From Eledone cirrhosa (Eukaryota), in contig OZ024747.1 of assembly GCA_964016885.1 (NCBI GenBank), positions 29,512,001 through 29,576,000 on the forward strand: a stretch of DNA of 64,000 nt. The letters are read 5' to 3'. Shown piece after piece: positions 50,601 through 63,385 of the stretch. The first letter of the stretch is position 1. Each line of letters opens with the position of its first letter. Below the pieces are notes generated by a model. It was given only the letters and a program-made list of their open reading frames with translations, had not been told where the DNA came from and searched no databases. Both the position numbers and the translations under genes were made by a program.

Positions 50601-53600
50601 ATCAGGGGGAGATAATTTGTAAAAAAAATCAGGGGGAGATAATTTGTAAAAAAAATCAGGGGTAGATAATTTGTAAAAAAAATCAGGGGGAGATAATTTG
50701 TAAAAAAAATCAGGGGTAGATAATTTTCAGCCGTCCAAGGGGAGATAATTTCCATCCTTCCAAGGGGAGATAATTTCCAGCCGTCCAAGGAGAGATAATT
50801 TCCCGCCAGCCAAGGAGAGATAACATTTAAAAAAATCAGGCGGAGATAATTTGTAAAAAAAATCAGGGGGAGATAATTTGTAAAAAAATCAGGGGGAGAT
50901 AATTTGTAAAAAAAATCAGGGGTAGATAATTTCCAGCCGTCCAAGGGGAGATAATTTCCATCCTTCCAAGGGGAGATAATTTCCAGCCGTCCAAGGGGAG
51001 ATAATTTCCCGCCAGCCAAGGAGAGATAATATTTAAAAAAATCAGGCGGAGATAATTTGTAAAAAAAATCAGGGGGAGATAATTTGTAAAAAAATCAGGG
51101 GGAGATAATTTGTAAAAGAAAATCAGGGGGAGATAATTTGTAAAAAAAATCAGGGGGAGATAATTTGTAAAAAAAAATCAGGGGTAGATAATTTGTAAAA
51201 AAAAATCAGGGGGAGATAATTTGTAAAAAAAAAATCAGGGGGAGATAATTTGTAAAAAAATCAAGGGGAGATAATTTCCAGCCGTCCAAGGGGAGATAAT
51301 TTTCAGCCGTCCAAGTAGAGGTAATTTCTAGCCGTCCAAGGGGAGATAATTTCCAGCCGTCCAAGGGGAGATAATTTTTTTTAAAAAATCAGGCGGAGAT
51401 AATTTGTAAACAAAAATCAGGGGGAGATAATTTATAAAAAAAATCAGGGGGAGATAATTTGTAAAAAAAAATCAGGGGGAGATAATTTGTAAAAAAATTC
51501 AAGGGGAGATAATTTCCAGCCGTCCAAGGGGAGGTAATATCTAGCCATCCAAGGGGAGATAATTTCCAGCCGTCCAAGGGGAGATAATTTTTTTAAAAAA
51601 ATCAGGCGGAGATAATTTGTAAACAAAAATCAGGGGGAGATAATTTGTAAAAAAAAATCAGGGGGAGATAATTTGTAAAAAAAAAATCAGGGGGTGATAA
51701 TTTGTAAAAAAATCAAGGGGAGATAATTTCCAGCCGTCCAAGGGGAGATAATTTTCAGCCGTCCAAGGAGAGGTAATTTCTAGCCGTCCAAGGGGAGATT
51801 ATTTCCAGCCAGCCAAGGGGAGATAATTTGTAAAAAAATCAGGGGTAGATAATTTGTAAAAAAAAATCAGGGGGAGATAATTTGTAAAAAAAATCAGGGG
51901 GAGATAATTTGTAAAAAAAATCAGGGGTAGATAATTTCCAGCCGTCCAAGGGGAGATAATTTCCATCCTTCCAAGGGGAGATAATTTCCAGCCGTCCAAG
52001 GGGAGATAATTTCCCGCCAGCCAAGGAGAGATAACATTTAAAAAAATCAGGCGGAGATAATTTGTAAAAAAAATCAGGGGGAGATAATTTGTAAAAAAAT
52101 CAGGGGGAGATAATTTGTAAAAAAAAAATCAGGGGGAGATAATTTGTAAAAAAAATCAGGGCGAGATAATTTGTAAAAAAAATCAGGGGTAGATAATTTG
52201 TAAAAAAAATCAGGGGGAGATAATTTGTAAAAAAAATCAGGGGGAGATAATTTGTAAAAAAAATCAGGGGTAGATAATTTCCAGCCGTCCAAGGGGAGAT
52301 AATTTCCATCCTTCCAAGGGGAGATAATTTCCAGCCGTCCAAGGGGAGATAATTTCCCGCCAGCCAAGGAGAGATAACATTTAAAAAAATCAGGCGGAGA
52401 TAATTTGTAAAAAAAATCAGGGGGAGATAATTTGTAAAAAAATCAGGGGGAGATAATTTGTAAAAAAAATCAGGGGTAGATAATTTCCAGCCGTCCAAGG
52501 GGAGATAATTTCCATCCTTCCAAGGGGAGATAATTTCCAGCCGTCCAAGGGGAGATAATTTCCCGCCAGCCAAGGAGAGATAATATTTAAAAAAATCAGG
52601 CGGAGATAATTTGTAAAAAAAATCAGCGGGAGATAATTTGTAAAAAAATCAGGGGGAGATAATTTGTAAAAAAAAATCAGGGGAGATAATTTGTAAAAAA
52701 AATCAGGGGGAGATAATTTGTAAAAAAAATCAGGGGTAGATAATTTGTAAAAAAAAATCAGGGGGAGATAATTTGTAAAAAAAAAATCAGGGGGAGATAA
52801 TTTGTAAAAAAATCAAGGGTAGATAATTTCCAGCCGTCCAAGGGGAGATAATTTTCAGCCGTCCAAGGAGGTAATTTCTAGCCGTCCAAGGGGAGATAAT
52901 TTCCAGCCGTCCAAGGGGAGATAATTTTTTAAAAAAAATCAGGCGGAGATAATTTGTAAACAAAAATCAGGGGGAGATAATTTGTAAAAAAAAATCAGGG
53001 GGAGATAATTTGTAAAAAAAAATCAGGGGGAGATAATTTGTAAAAAAAATCAAGGGGAGATAATTTCCAGCCGTCCAAGGGGAGGTAATATCTAGCCATC
53101 CAAGGGGAGATAATTTCCAGCCGTCCAAGGGGAGATAATTTCCAGCCGTCCAAGGGGAGATAATATCCAGCCGTCCAAGGAGACATATTTTCCAGCCGTC
53201 CAAGGAGAGGTAATTTCTAGCCGTCCAAGGGGAGATAAGTTCCAGCCTCCAAGGGGAGATAATTTCCAGCCAGCCAAGGGGAGATAATTTGTAAAAAAAT
53301 CAGGGGGAGATAATTTGTAAAAAAAAAATCAGGGGGAGATAATTTGTAAAAAAATCAGGGGGAGATAATTTGTAAAAAAAAAATCAGGGGGAGATAATTT
53401 GTAAAAAAAATCAGGGGGAGATAATTTGTAAAAAAAATCAGGGGTAGATAATTTGTAAAAAAAATCAGGGGGAGATAATTTGTAAAAAAAATCAGGGGGA
53501 GATAATTTGTAAAAAAAATCAGGGGTAGATAATTTTCAGCCGTCCAAGGGGAGATAATTTCCATCCTTCCAAGGGGAGATAATTTCCAGCCGTCCAAGGA

Positions 53601-56600
53601 GAGATAATTTCCCGCCAGCCAAGGAGAGATAACATTTAAAAAAATCAGGCGGAGATAATTTGTAAAAAAAATCAGTGGGAGATAATTTGTAAAAAAATCA
53701 GGGGGAGATAATTTGTAAAAAAAATCAGGGGTAGATAATTTCCAGCCGTCCAAGGGGAGATAATTTCCATCCTTCCAAGGGGAGATAATTTCCAGCCGTC
53801 CAAGGGGAGATAATTTCCCGCCAGCCAAGGAGAGATAATATTTAAAAAAATCAGGCGGAGATAATTTGTAAAAAAAATCAGGGGGAGATAATTTGTAAAA
53901 AAAATCAGGGGGAGATAATTTGTAGAAAAAATCAGGGGTAGATAATTTGTAAAAAAAATCAGGGGGAGATAATTTGTAAAAAAAATCAGGGGGAGATAAT
54001 TTGTAAAAAAAATCAGGGGTAGATAATTTTCAGCCGTCCAAGGGGAGATAATTTCCATCCTTCCAAGGGGAGATAATTTCCAGCCGTCCAAGGGGAGATA
54101 ATCTCCCGCCAGCCAAGGAGAGATAACATTTAAAAAAATCAGGCGGAGATAATTTGTAAAAAAAATCAGGGGGAGATAATTTGTAAAAAAATCAGGGGGA
54201 GATAATTTGTAAAAAAAATCAGGGGTAGATAATTTCCAGCCGTCCAAGGGGAGATAATTTCCATCCTTCCAAGGGGAGATAATTTCCAGCCGTCCAAGGG
54301 GAGATAATTTCCCGCCAGCCAAGGAGAGATAATATTTAAAAAAATCAGGCGGAGATAATTTGTAAAAAAAATCAGGGGGAGATAATTTGTAAAAAAATCA
54401 GGGGGAGATAATTTGTAAAAAAAAATCAGGGGGAGATAATTTGTAAAAAAAATCAGGGGGAGATAATTTGTAAAAAAAATCAGGGGTAGATAATTTGTAA
54501 AAAAAAATCAGGGGGAGATAATTTGTAAAAAAAAAATCAGGGGGAGATAATTTGTAAAAAAATCAAGGGGAGATAATTTCCAGCCGTCCAAGGGGAGATA
54601 ATTTTCAGCCGTCCAAGGAGAGGTAATTTCTCGCCGTCCAAGGGGAGATAATTTCCAGCCGTCCAAGGGGAGATAATTTTTTTAAAAAAATCAGGCGGAG
54701 ATAATTTGTAAAAAAAAATCAGGGGGAGATAATTTGTAAAAAAAAATCAGGGGGAGATAATTTGTAAAAAAAATCAAGGGGAGATAATTTCCAGCCGTCC
54801 AAGGGGAGGTAATATCTAGCCATCCAAGGGGAGATAATTTCCAGCCGTCCAAGGGGAGATAATTTCCAGCCGTCCAAGGGGAGATAATATCCAGCCGTCC
54901 AAGGAGACATATTTTCCAGCCGTCCAAGGAGAGGTAATTTCTAGCCGTCCAAGGGGAGATAAGTTCCAGCCTCCAAGGGGAGATAATTTCCAGCCAGCCA
55001 AGGGGAGATAATTTGTAAAAAAATCAGGGGGAGATAATTTGTAAAAAAAAAATCAGGGGGAGATAATTTGTAAAAAAATCAGGGGGAGATAATTTGTAAA
55101 AAAAAAATCAGGGGGAGATAATTTGTAAAAAAAATCAGGGGGAGATAATTTGTAAAAAAAATCAGGGGTAGATAATTTGTAAAAAAAATCAGGGGGAGAT
55201 AATTTGTAAAAAAAATCAGGGGTAGATAATTTTCAGCCGTCCAAGGGGAGATAATTTCCATCCTTCCAAGGGGAGATAATTTCCAGCCGTCCAAGGGGAG
55301 ATAATTTCCCGCCAGCCAAGGAGAGATAATATTTAAAAAAATCAGGCGGAGATAATTTGTAAAAAAAATCAGGGGGAGATAATTTGTAAAAAAATCAGGG
55401 GGAGATAATTTGTAAAAGAAAATCAGGGGGAGATAATTTGTAAAAAAAATCAGGGGGAGATAATTTGTAAAAAAAAATCAGGGGTAGATAATTTGTAAAA
55501 AAAAATCAGGGGGAGATAATTTGTAAAAAAAAAATCAGGGGGAGATAATTTGTAAAAAAATCAAGGGGAGATAATTTCCAGCCGTCCAAGGGGAGATAAT
55601 TTTCAGCCGTCCAAGTAGAGGTAATTTCTAGCCGTCCAAGGGGAGATAATTTCCAGCCGTCCAAGGGGAGATAATTTTTTTAAAAAAATCAGGCGGAGAT
55701 AATTTGTAAACAAAAATCAGGGGGAGATAATTTGTAAAAAAAATCAGGGGGAGATAATTTGTAAAAAAAAATCAGGGGGAGATAATTTGTAAAAAAATTC
55801 AAGGGGAGATAATTTCCAGCCGTCCAAGGGGAGGTAATATCTAGCCATCCAAGGGGAGATAATTTCCAGCCGTCCAAGGGGAGATAATTTTTTAAAAAAA
55901 ATCAGGCGGAGATAATTTGTAAACAAAAATCAGGGGGAGATAATTTGTAAAAAAAAATCAGGGGGAGATAATTTGTAAAAAAAAAATCAGGGGGTGATAA
56001 TTTGTAAAAAAATCAAGGGGAGATAATTTCCAGCCGTCCAAGGGGAGATAATTTTCAGCCGTCCAAGGAGAGGTAATTTCTAGCCGTCCAAGGGGAGATT
56101 ATTTCCAGCCAGCCAAGGGGAGATAATTTGTAAAAAAATCAGGGGTAGATAATTTGTAAAAAAAAATCAGGGGGAGATAATTTGTAAAAAAAATCAGGGG
56201 GAGATAATTTGTAAAAAAAATCAGGGGTAGATAATTTCCAGCCGTCCAAGGGGAGATAATTTCCATCCTTCCAAGGGGAGATAATTTCCAGCCGTCCAAG
56301 GGGAGATAATTTCCCGCCAGCCAAGGAGAGATAACATTTAAAAAAATCAGGCGGAGATAATTTGTAAAAAAAATCAGGGGGAGATAATTTGTAAAAAAAT
56401 CAGGGGGAGATAATTTGTAAAAAAAAAATCAGGGGGAGATAATTTGTAAAAAAAATCAGGGCGAGATAATTTGTAAAAAAAATCAGGGGTAGATAATTTG
56501 TAAAAAAAATCAGGGGGAGATAATTTGTAAAAAAAATCAGGGGGAGATAATTTGTAAAAAAAATCAGGGGTAGATAATTTCCAGCCGTCCAAGGGGAGAT

Positions 56601-57650
56601 AATTTCCATCCTTCCAAGGGGAGATAATTTCCAGCCGTCCAAGGGGAGATAATTTCCCGCCAGCCAAGGAGAGATAACATTTAAAAAAATCAGGCGGAGA
56701 TAATTTGTAAAAAAAATCAGGGGGAGATAATTTGTAAAAAAATCAGGGGGAGATAATTTGTAAAAAAAATCAGGGGTAGATAATTTCCAGCCGTCCAAGG
56801 GGAGATAATTTCCATCCTTCCAAGGGGAGATAATTTCCAGCCGTCCAAGGGGAGATAATTTCCCGCCAGCCAAGGAGAGATAATATTTAAAAAAATCAGG
56901 CGGAGATAATTTGTAAAAAAAATCAGGGGGAGATAATTTGTAAAAAAATCAGGGGGAGATAATTTGTAAAAAAAAATCAGGGGAGATAATTTGTAAAAAA
57001 AATCAGGGGGAGATAATTTGTAAAAAAAATCAGGTGTAGATAATTTGTAAAAAAAAATCAGGGGGAGATAATTTGTAAAAAAAAAATCAGGGGGAGATAA
57101 TTTGTAAAAAAATCAAGGGTAGATAATTTCCAGCCGTCCAAGGGGAGATAATTTTCAGCCGTCCAAGGAGGTAATTTCTAGCCGTCCAAGGGGAGATAAT
57201 TTCCAGCCGTCCAAGGGGAGATAATTTTTTTAAAAAAATCAGGCGGAGATAATTTGTAAACAAAAATCAGGGGGAGATAATTTGTAAAAAAAAATCAGGG
57301 GGAGATAATTTGTAAAAAAAAATCAGGGGGAGATAATTTGTAAAAAAAATCAAGGGGAGATAATTTCCAGCCGTCCAAGGGGAGGTAATATCTAGCCATC
57401 CAAGGGGAGATAATTTCCAGCCGTCCAAGGGGAGATAATTTCCAGCCGTCCAAGGGGAGATAATATCCAGCCGTCCAAGGAGACATATTTTCCAGCCGTC
57501 CAAGGAGAGGTAATTTCTAGCCGTCCAAGGGGAGATAAGTTCCAGCCTCCAAGGGGAGATAATTTCCAGCCAGCCAAGGGGAGATAATTTGTAAAAAAAT
57601 CAGGGGGAGATAATTTGTAAAAAAAAAATCAGGGGGAGATAATTTGTAAA
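47650..57650 (+). repeat. 4506/4300-bp higher-order tandem repeat domain in SatC
   Basis: Offsets of 4506 (48461/52967, 49166/53672, 50185/54691) are followed by offsets of 4300 (51389/55689, 52074/56374, 52967/57267). The difference is one 206-bp module. Boundaries are approximate. Confidence 0.9.
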
Positions 57651-60600
57651 AAAATCAGGGGGAGATAATTTGTAAAAAAAAAATCAGGGGGAGACAATTT
57701 GTAAAAAAAATCAGGGGGAGATAATTTGTAGAAAAAATCAGGGGTAGATAATTTGTAAAAAAAATCAGGGGGAGATAATTTGTAAAAAAAATCAGGGGGA
57801 GATAATTTGTAAAAAAAATCAGGGGTAGATAATTTTCAGCCGTCCAAGGGGAGATAATTTCCATCCTTCCAAGGGGAGATAATTTCCAGCCGTCCAAGGG
57901 GAGATAATCTCCCGCCAGCCAAGGAGAGATAACATTTAAAAAAATCAGGCGGAGATAATTTGTAAAAAAAATCAGGGGGAGATAATTTGTAAAAAAATCA
58001 GGGGTAGATAATTTCCAGCCGTCCAAGGGGAGATAATTTCCATCCTTCCAAGGGGAGATAATTTCCAGCCGTCCAAGGGGAGATAATTTCCCGCCAGCCA
58101 AGGAGAGATAATATTTAAAAAAATCAGGCGGAGATAATTTGTAAAAAAAATCAGGGGGAGATAATTTGTAAAAAAATCAGGGGGAGATAATTTGTAAAAA
58201 AAAATCAGGGGAGATAATTTGTAAAAAAAATCAGGGGGAGATAATTTGTAAAAAAAATCAGGGGTAGATAATTTGTAAAAAAAAATCAGGGGGAGATAAT
58301 TTGTAAAAAAAAAATCAGGGGGAGATAATTTGTAAAAAAATCAAGGGTAGATAATTTCCAGCCGTCCAAGGGGAGATAATTTTCAGCCGTCCAAGGAGGT
58401 AATTTCTAGCCGTCCAAGGGGAGATAATTTCCAGCCGTCCAAGGGGAGATAATTTTTTTAAAAAAATCAGGCGGAGATAATTTGTAAACAAAAATCAGGG
58501 GGAGATAATTTGTAAAAAAAAATCAGGGGGAGATAATTTGTAAAAAAAAATCAGGGGGAGATAATTTGTAAAAAAAATCAAGGGGAGATAATTTCCAGCC
58601 GTCCAAGGGGAGGTAATATCTAGCCATCCAAGGGGAGATAATTTCCAGCCGTCCAAGGGGAGATAATTTCCAGCCGTCCAAGGGGAGATAATATCCAGCC
58701 GTCCAAGGAGACATATTTTCCAGCCGTCCAAGGAGAGGTAATTTCTAGCCGTCCAAGGGGAGATAAGTTCCAGCCTCCAAGGGGAGATAATTTCCAGCCA
58801 GCCAAGGGGAGATAATTTGTAAAAAAATCAGGGGGAGATAATTTGTAAAAAAAAAATCAGGGGGAGATAATTTGTAAAAAAATCAGGGGGAGATAATTTG
58901 TAAAAAAAAAATCAGGGGGAGATAATTTGTAAAAAAAATCAGGGGGAGATAATTTGTAGAAAAAATCAGGGGTAGATAATTTGTAAAAAAAATCAGGGGG
59001 AGATAATTTGTAAAAAAAATCAGGGGGAGATAATTTGTAAAAAAAATCAGGGGTAGATAATTTTCAGCCGTCCAAGGGGAGATAATTTCCATCCTTCCAA
59101 GGGGAGATAATCTCCCGCCAGCCAAGGAGAGATAACATTTAAAAAAATCAGGCGGAGATAATTTGTAAAAAAAATCAGGGGGAGATAATTTGTAAAAAAA
59201 TCAGGGGGAGATAATTTGTAAAAAAAATCAGGGGTAGATAATTTCCAGCCCTCCAAGGGGAGATAATTTCCATCCTTCCAAGGGGAGATAATTTCCAGCC
59301 GTCCAAGGGGAGATAATTTCTCGCCAGCCAAGGAGAGATAATATTTAAAAAAATCAGGCGGAGATAATTTGTAAAAAAAATCAGGGGGAGATAATTTGTA
59401 AAAAAATCAGGGGGAGATAATTTGTAAAAAAAAATCAGGGGGAGATAATTTGTAAAAAAAATCAGGGGGAGATAATTTGTAAAAAAAATCAGGGGTAGAT
59501 AATTTGTAAAAAAAAATCAGGGGGAGATAATTTGTAAAAAAAAAATCAGGGGGAGATAATTTGTAAAAAAATCAAGGGGAGATAATTTCCAGCCGTCCAA
59601 GGGGAGATAATTTTCAGCCGTCCAAGGAGAGGTAATTTCTAGCCGTCCAAGGGGAGATAATTTCCAGCCGTCCAAGGGGAGATAATTTTTTTAAAAAAAT
59701 CAGGCGGAGATAATTTGTAAACAAAAATCAGGGGGAGATAATTTGTAAAAAAAAATCAGGGGGAGATAATTTGTAAAAAATAATCAGGGGGAGATAATTT
59801 GTAAAAAAAATCAAGGGGAGATAATTTCCAGCCGTCCAAGGGGAGGTAATATCTAGCCATCCAAGGGGAGATAATTTCCAGCCGTCCAAGGGGAGATAAT
59901 TTCCAGCCGTCCAAGGGGAGATAATATCCAGCCGTCCAAGGAGACATATTTTCCAGCCGTCCAAGGAGAGGTAATTTCTAGCCGTCCAAGGGGAGATAAG
60001 TTCCAGCCTCCAAGGGGAGATAATTTCCAGCCAGCCAAGGGGAGATAATTTGTAAAAAAATCAGGGGGAGATAATTTGTAAAAAAAAAATCAGGGGCAGA
60101 TAATTTGTAAAAAAATCAGGGGGAGATAATTTGTAAAAAAAAAATCAGGGGGAGATAATTTGTAAAAAAAATCAGGGGGAGATAATTTGTAAAAAAAATC
60201 AGGGGTAGATAATTTGTAAAAAAAATCAGGGGGAGATAATTTGTAAAAAAAATCAGGGGTAGATAATTTTCAGCCGTCCAAGGGGAGATAATTTCCATCC
60301 TTCCAAGGGGAGATAATTTCCAGCCGTCCAAGGAGAGATAATTTCCCGCCAGCCAAGGAGAGATAACATTTAAAAAAATCAGGCGGAGATAATTTGTAAA
60401 AAAAATCAGGGGGAGATAATTTGTAAAAAAATCAGGGGGAGATAATTTGTAAAAAAAATCAGGGGTAGATAATTTCCAGCCGTCCAAGGGGAGATAATTT
60501 CCATCCTTCCAAGGGGAGATAATTTCCAGCCGTCCAAGGGGAGATAATTTCCCGCCAGCCAAGGAGAGATAATATTTAAAAAAATCAGGCGGAGATAATT

Positions 60601-61270
60601 TGTAAAAAAAATCAGGGGGAGATAATTTGTAAAAAAATCAGGGGGAGATAATTTGTAAAAAAAAATCAGGGGGAGATAATTTGTAAAAAAAATCAGGGGG
60701 AGATAATTTGTAAAAAAAATCAGGGGTAGATAATTTGTAAAAAAAAATCAGGGGGAGATAATTTGTAAAAAAAAAATCAGTGGGAGATAATTTGTAAAAA
60801 AATCAAGGGGAGATAATTTCCAGCCGTCCAAGGGGAGATAATTTTCAGCCGTCCAAGGAGAGGTAATTTCTAGCCGTCCAAGGGGAGATAATTTCCAGCC
60901 GTCCAAGGGGAGATAATTTTTTTAAAAAAGTCAGGCGGAGATAATTTGTAAACAAAAATCAGGGGGAGATAATTTGTAAAAAAAAATCAGGGGGAGATAA
61001 TTTGTAAAAAAAATCAGGGGGAGATAATTTGTAAAAAAAATCAAGGGGAGATAATTTCCAGCCGTCCAAGGGGAGGTAATATCTAGCCATCCAAGGGGAG
61101 ATAATTTCCAGCCGTCCAAGGGGAGATAATTTCCAGCCGTCCAAGGGGAGATAATATCCAGCCGTCCAAGGAGACATATTTTCCAGCCGTCCAAGGAGAC
61201 GTAATTTCTAGCCGTCCAAGGGGAGATAAGTTCCAGCCTCCAAGGGGAGATAATTTCCAGCCAGCCAAGG
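57240..61270 (+). repeat. ~1.23-kb basic higher-order unit of SatC in tandem (~3 copies)
   Basis: The long Y block (marker GAGACATATTTT) recurs at ORF-track coordinates 57503, 58731, 59964 and 61194 (spacings 1228, 1233, 1230). Confidence 0.88.
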
Positions 61271-63377
61271 GGAGATAATTTGGAAAAAAATTAGGGGGAG
61301 ATAATTTGTAAAAAAAAATTAGGGGGAGATAATTTGTAAAAAAAAATCAGGGGGAGATAATTTGTAAAAAAAAATCAGGGGGAGATAATTTGTAAAAAGA
61401 ATCAAGGGGAGATAATTTCCAGCCGTCCAAGGGGAGATAATTTTCAGCCGTCCAAGGAGAGGTAAATTCTAGCCGTCCAAGGAGATATAATTTCCAGCCG
61501 TCCAAGGGGAGATAATTTCCAGCCGTCCAAGGGGAGATAATTTTTAAAAAAAAATCAGGCGGAGATAATTTGTAAACAAAAATCAGGGGGAGATAATTTT
61601 TAAAAAAAGAAGTCAGGGGGAGATAATTTGTAAAAAAAAATCAGGGGGAGATAATTTGTAAAAAAAATCAAGGGGAGATAATTTCCAGCCGTCCAAGGGG
61701 AGGTAATATCTAGCCATCCAAGGGGAGATAATTTCCAGCCGTCCAAGGGGAGATAATTTCCAGCCGTCCAAGGGGAGATAATATCCAGCCGTCCAAGGAG
61801 ACATATTTTCCAGCCGTCCAAGGAGAGGTAATTTCTAGCCGTCCAAGGGGAGATAAGTTCCAGCCTCCAAGGGGAGATAATTTCCAGCCAGCCAAGGGGA
61901 GATAATTTGTAAAAAAATCAGGGGGGAGATAATTTGTAAAAAAAATCAGGGGGAGATAATTTGAAAAAAAAAATCAGGGGGAGATAATTTGTAAAAAATA
62001 TCAAGGGGAGATAATTTCCAGCCCTCCAAGGGGCTATAATTTCCAGCCGTGCAAGGGGAGATAATTTCCAGCCGTCCAAGGGGAGATAATTTCCATCCTT
62101 CCAAGGGGAGATAATTTCCAGCCGTCCAAGGGGAGATAATTTCCCGCCAGCCAAGGGAAGATAATTTTTTAAAAAATCAGGCGGAGATTGTAAAAAAAAT
62201 CAGGGGGAGATAATTTGTAAAAAAATCAGGGGGAGATAATTTGTAAAAAAAAATCAGGGGGAGATAATTTGTAAAAAAAATCAGGGGGAGATAATTTGTA
62301 AAAAAAATCAGGGGTAGATAATTTGTAAAAAAAATCAGGGGGAGATAATTTGTAAAAAAAATCAGGGGGAGATAATTTGTAAAAAAAATCAGGGGTAGAT
62401 AATTTTCAGCCGTCCAAGGGGAGATAATTTCCATCCTTCCAAGGGGAGATAATTTCCAGCCGTCCAAGGGGAGATAATTTCCCGCCAGCCAAGGAGAGAT
62501 AACATTTAAAAAAATCAGGCGGAGATAATTTGTAAAAAAATCAGGGGGAGATAATTTGTAAAAAAAATCAGGGGTAGATAATTTCCAGCCGTCCAAGGGG
62601 AGATAATTTCCATCCTTCCAAGGGGAGATAATTTCCAGCCGTCCAAGGGGAGATAATTTCCCGCCAGCCAAGGAGAGATAATATTTAAAAAAATCAGGCG
62701 GAGATAATTTGTAAAAAAAATCAGGGGGAGATAATTTGTAAAAAAATCAGGGGGAGATAATTTGTAAAAAAAAATCAGGGGGAGATAATTTGTAAAAAAA
62801 AATCAGGGGGAGATAATTTGTAAAAAAAAATCAGGGGTAGATAATTTGTAAAAAAAAATCAGGGGGAGATAATTTGTAAAAAAAAAATCAGGGGGAGATA
62901 ATTTGTAAAAAAATCAAGGGGAGATAATTTCCAGCCGTCCAAGGGGAGATAATTTTCAGCCGTCCAAGGAGAGGTAATTTCTAGCCGTCCAAGGGGAGAT
63001 AATTTCCAGCCGTCCAAGGGGAGATAATTTTTTAAAAAAAATCAGGCGGAGATAATTTGTAAACAAAAATCAGGGGGAGATAATTTGTAAAAAAAAATCA
63101 GGGGGAGATAATTTGTAAAAAAAAATCAGGGGGAGATAATTTGTAAAAAAAATCAAGGGGAGATAATTTGTAAAAAAAAATCAGGGGTAGATAATTTGTA
63201 AAAAAAAATCAGGGGGAGATAATTTGTAAAAAAAAAATCAGGGGGAGATAATTTGTAAAAAAATCAAGGGGAGATAATTTCCAGCCGTCCAAGGGGAGAT
63301 AATTTTCAGCCGTCCAAGGAGAGGTAATTTCTAGCCGTCCAAGGGGAGATAATTTCCAGCCAGCCAAGGGGAGATAA

Positions 63378-63385
63378 TTTTTTTA
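63378..63385 (+). other. Right SatC/SatB junction: TTTTTTTA direct-repeat copy (candidate target-site duplication or microhomology)
   Basis: The junction reads GGGGAGATAA|TTTTTTTA|TGGGGGGGGTCC, with the same T7A as 19846-19853. The first three T's can equally belong to SatC (GATAATTT). Confidence 0.7.

Larger units (their letters stand above)
19863..63377 (+). repeat. SatC: 43.5-kb composite satellite, X=TCAGGGGGAGATAATTTGT(A)7-10 (26-29 bp) and Y=CCAGCCGTCCAAGGGGAGATAATTT (25 bp), roughly 1650 monomers in alternating blocks
   Basis: Direct reading: uninterrupted, single-orientation tandem units sharing the core GGGGAGATAATTT. No unique sequence was seen inside. Copy number is estimated as length divided by ~26. 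Confidence 0.98.

Noticed and set aside
19882-62671. Many 60-216 aa minus-strand ORFs (..KLSPLGRLEIISPW.., ..FFTNYLPLI..), superficially LRR-like
   Set aside because: They are overlapping multi-frame translations of 25/27-bp monomers, and the frame is not preserved between copies.
19863-63377. CRISPR-like constant repeat (GGGGAGATAATTT) with variable spacers
   Set aside because: The 'spacers' are only ~12-16 bp, come in two recurrent types and are not unique. No leader or cas genes are present.
19854-63377. Autonomous DNA transposon bounded by terminal inverted repeats
   Set aside because: There is no transposase or unique internal sequence. The terminal inverted match is only 7 bp and is explained by the inverted SatC fragment.
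19863-63377. TCAGG as a Tribolium-type telomeric repeat; GGGGAGATAATTTCC as an NF-kB site
   Set aside because: TCAGG is never tandem here (one copy per ~27 bp). The GGG-to-TTCC spacing is longer than the 10-bp GGGRNWYYCC consensus.
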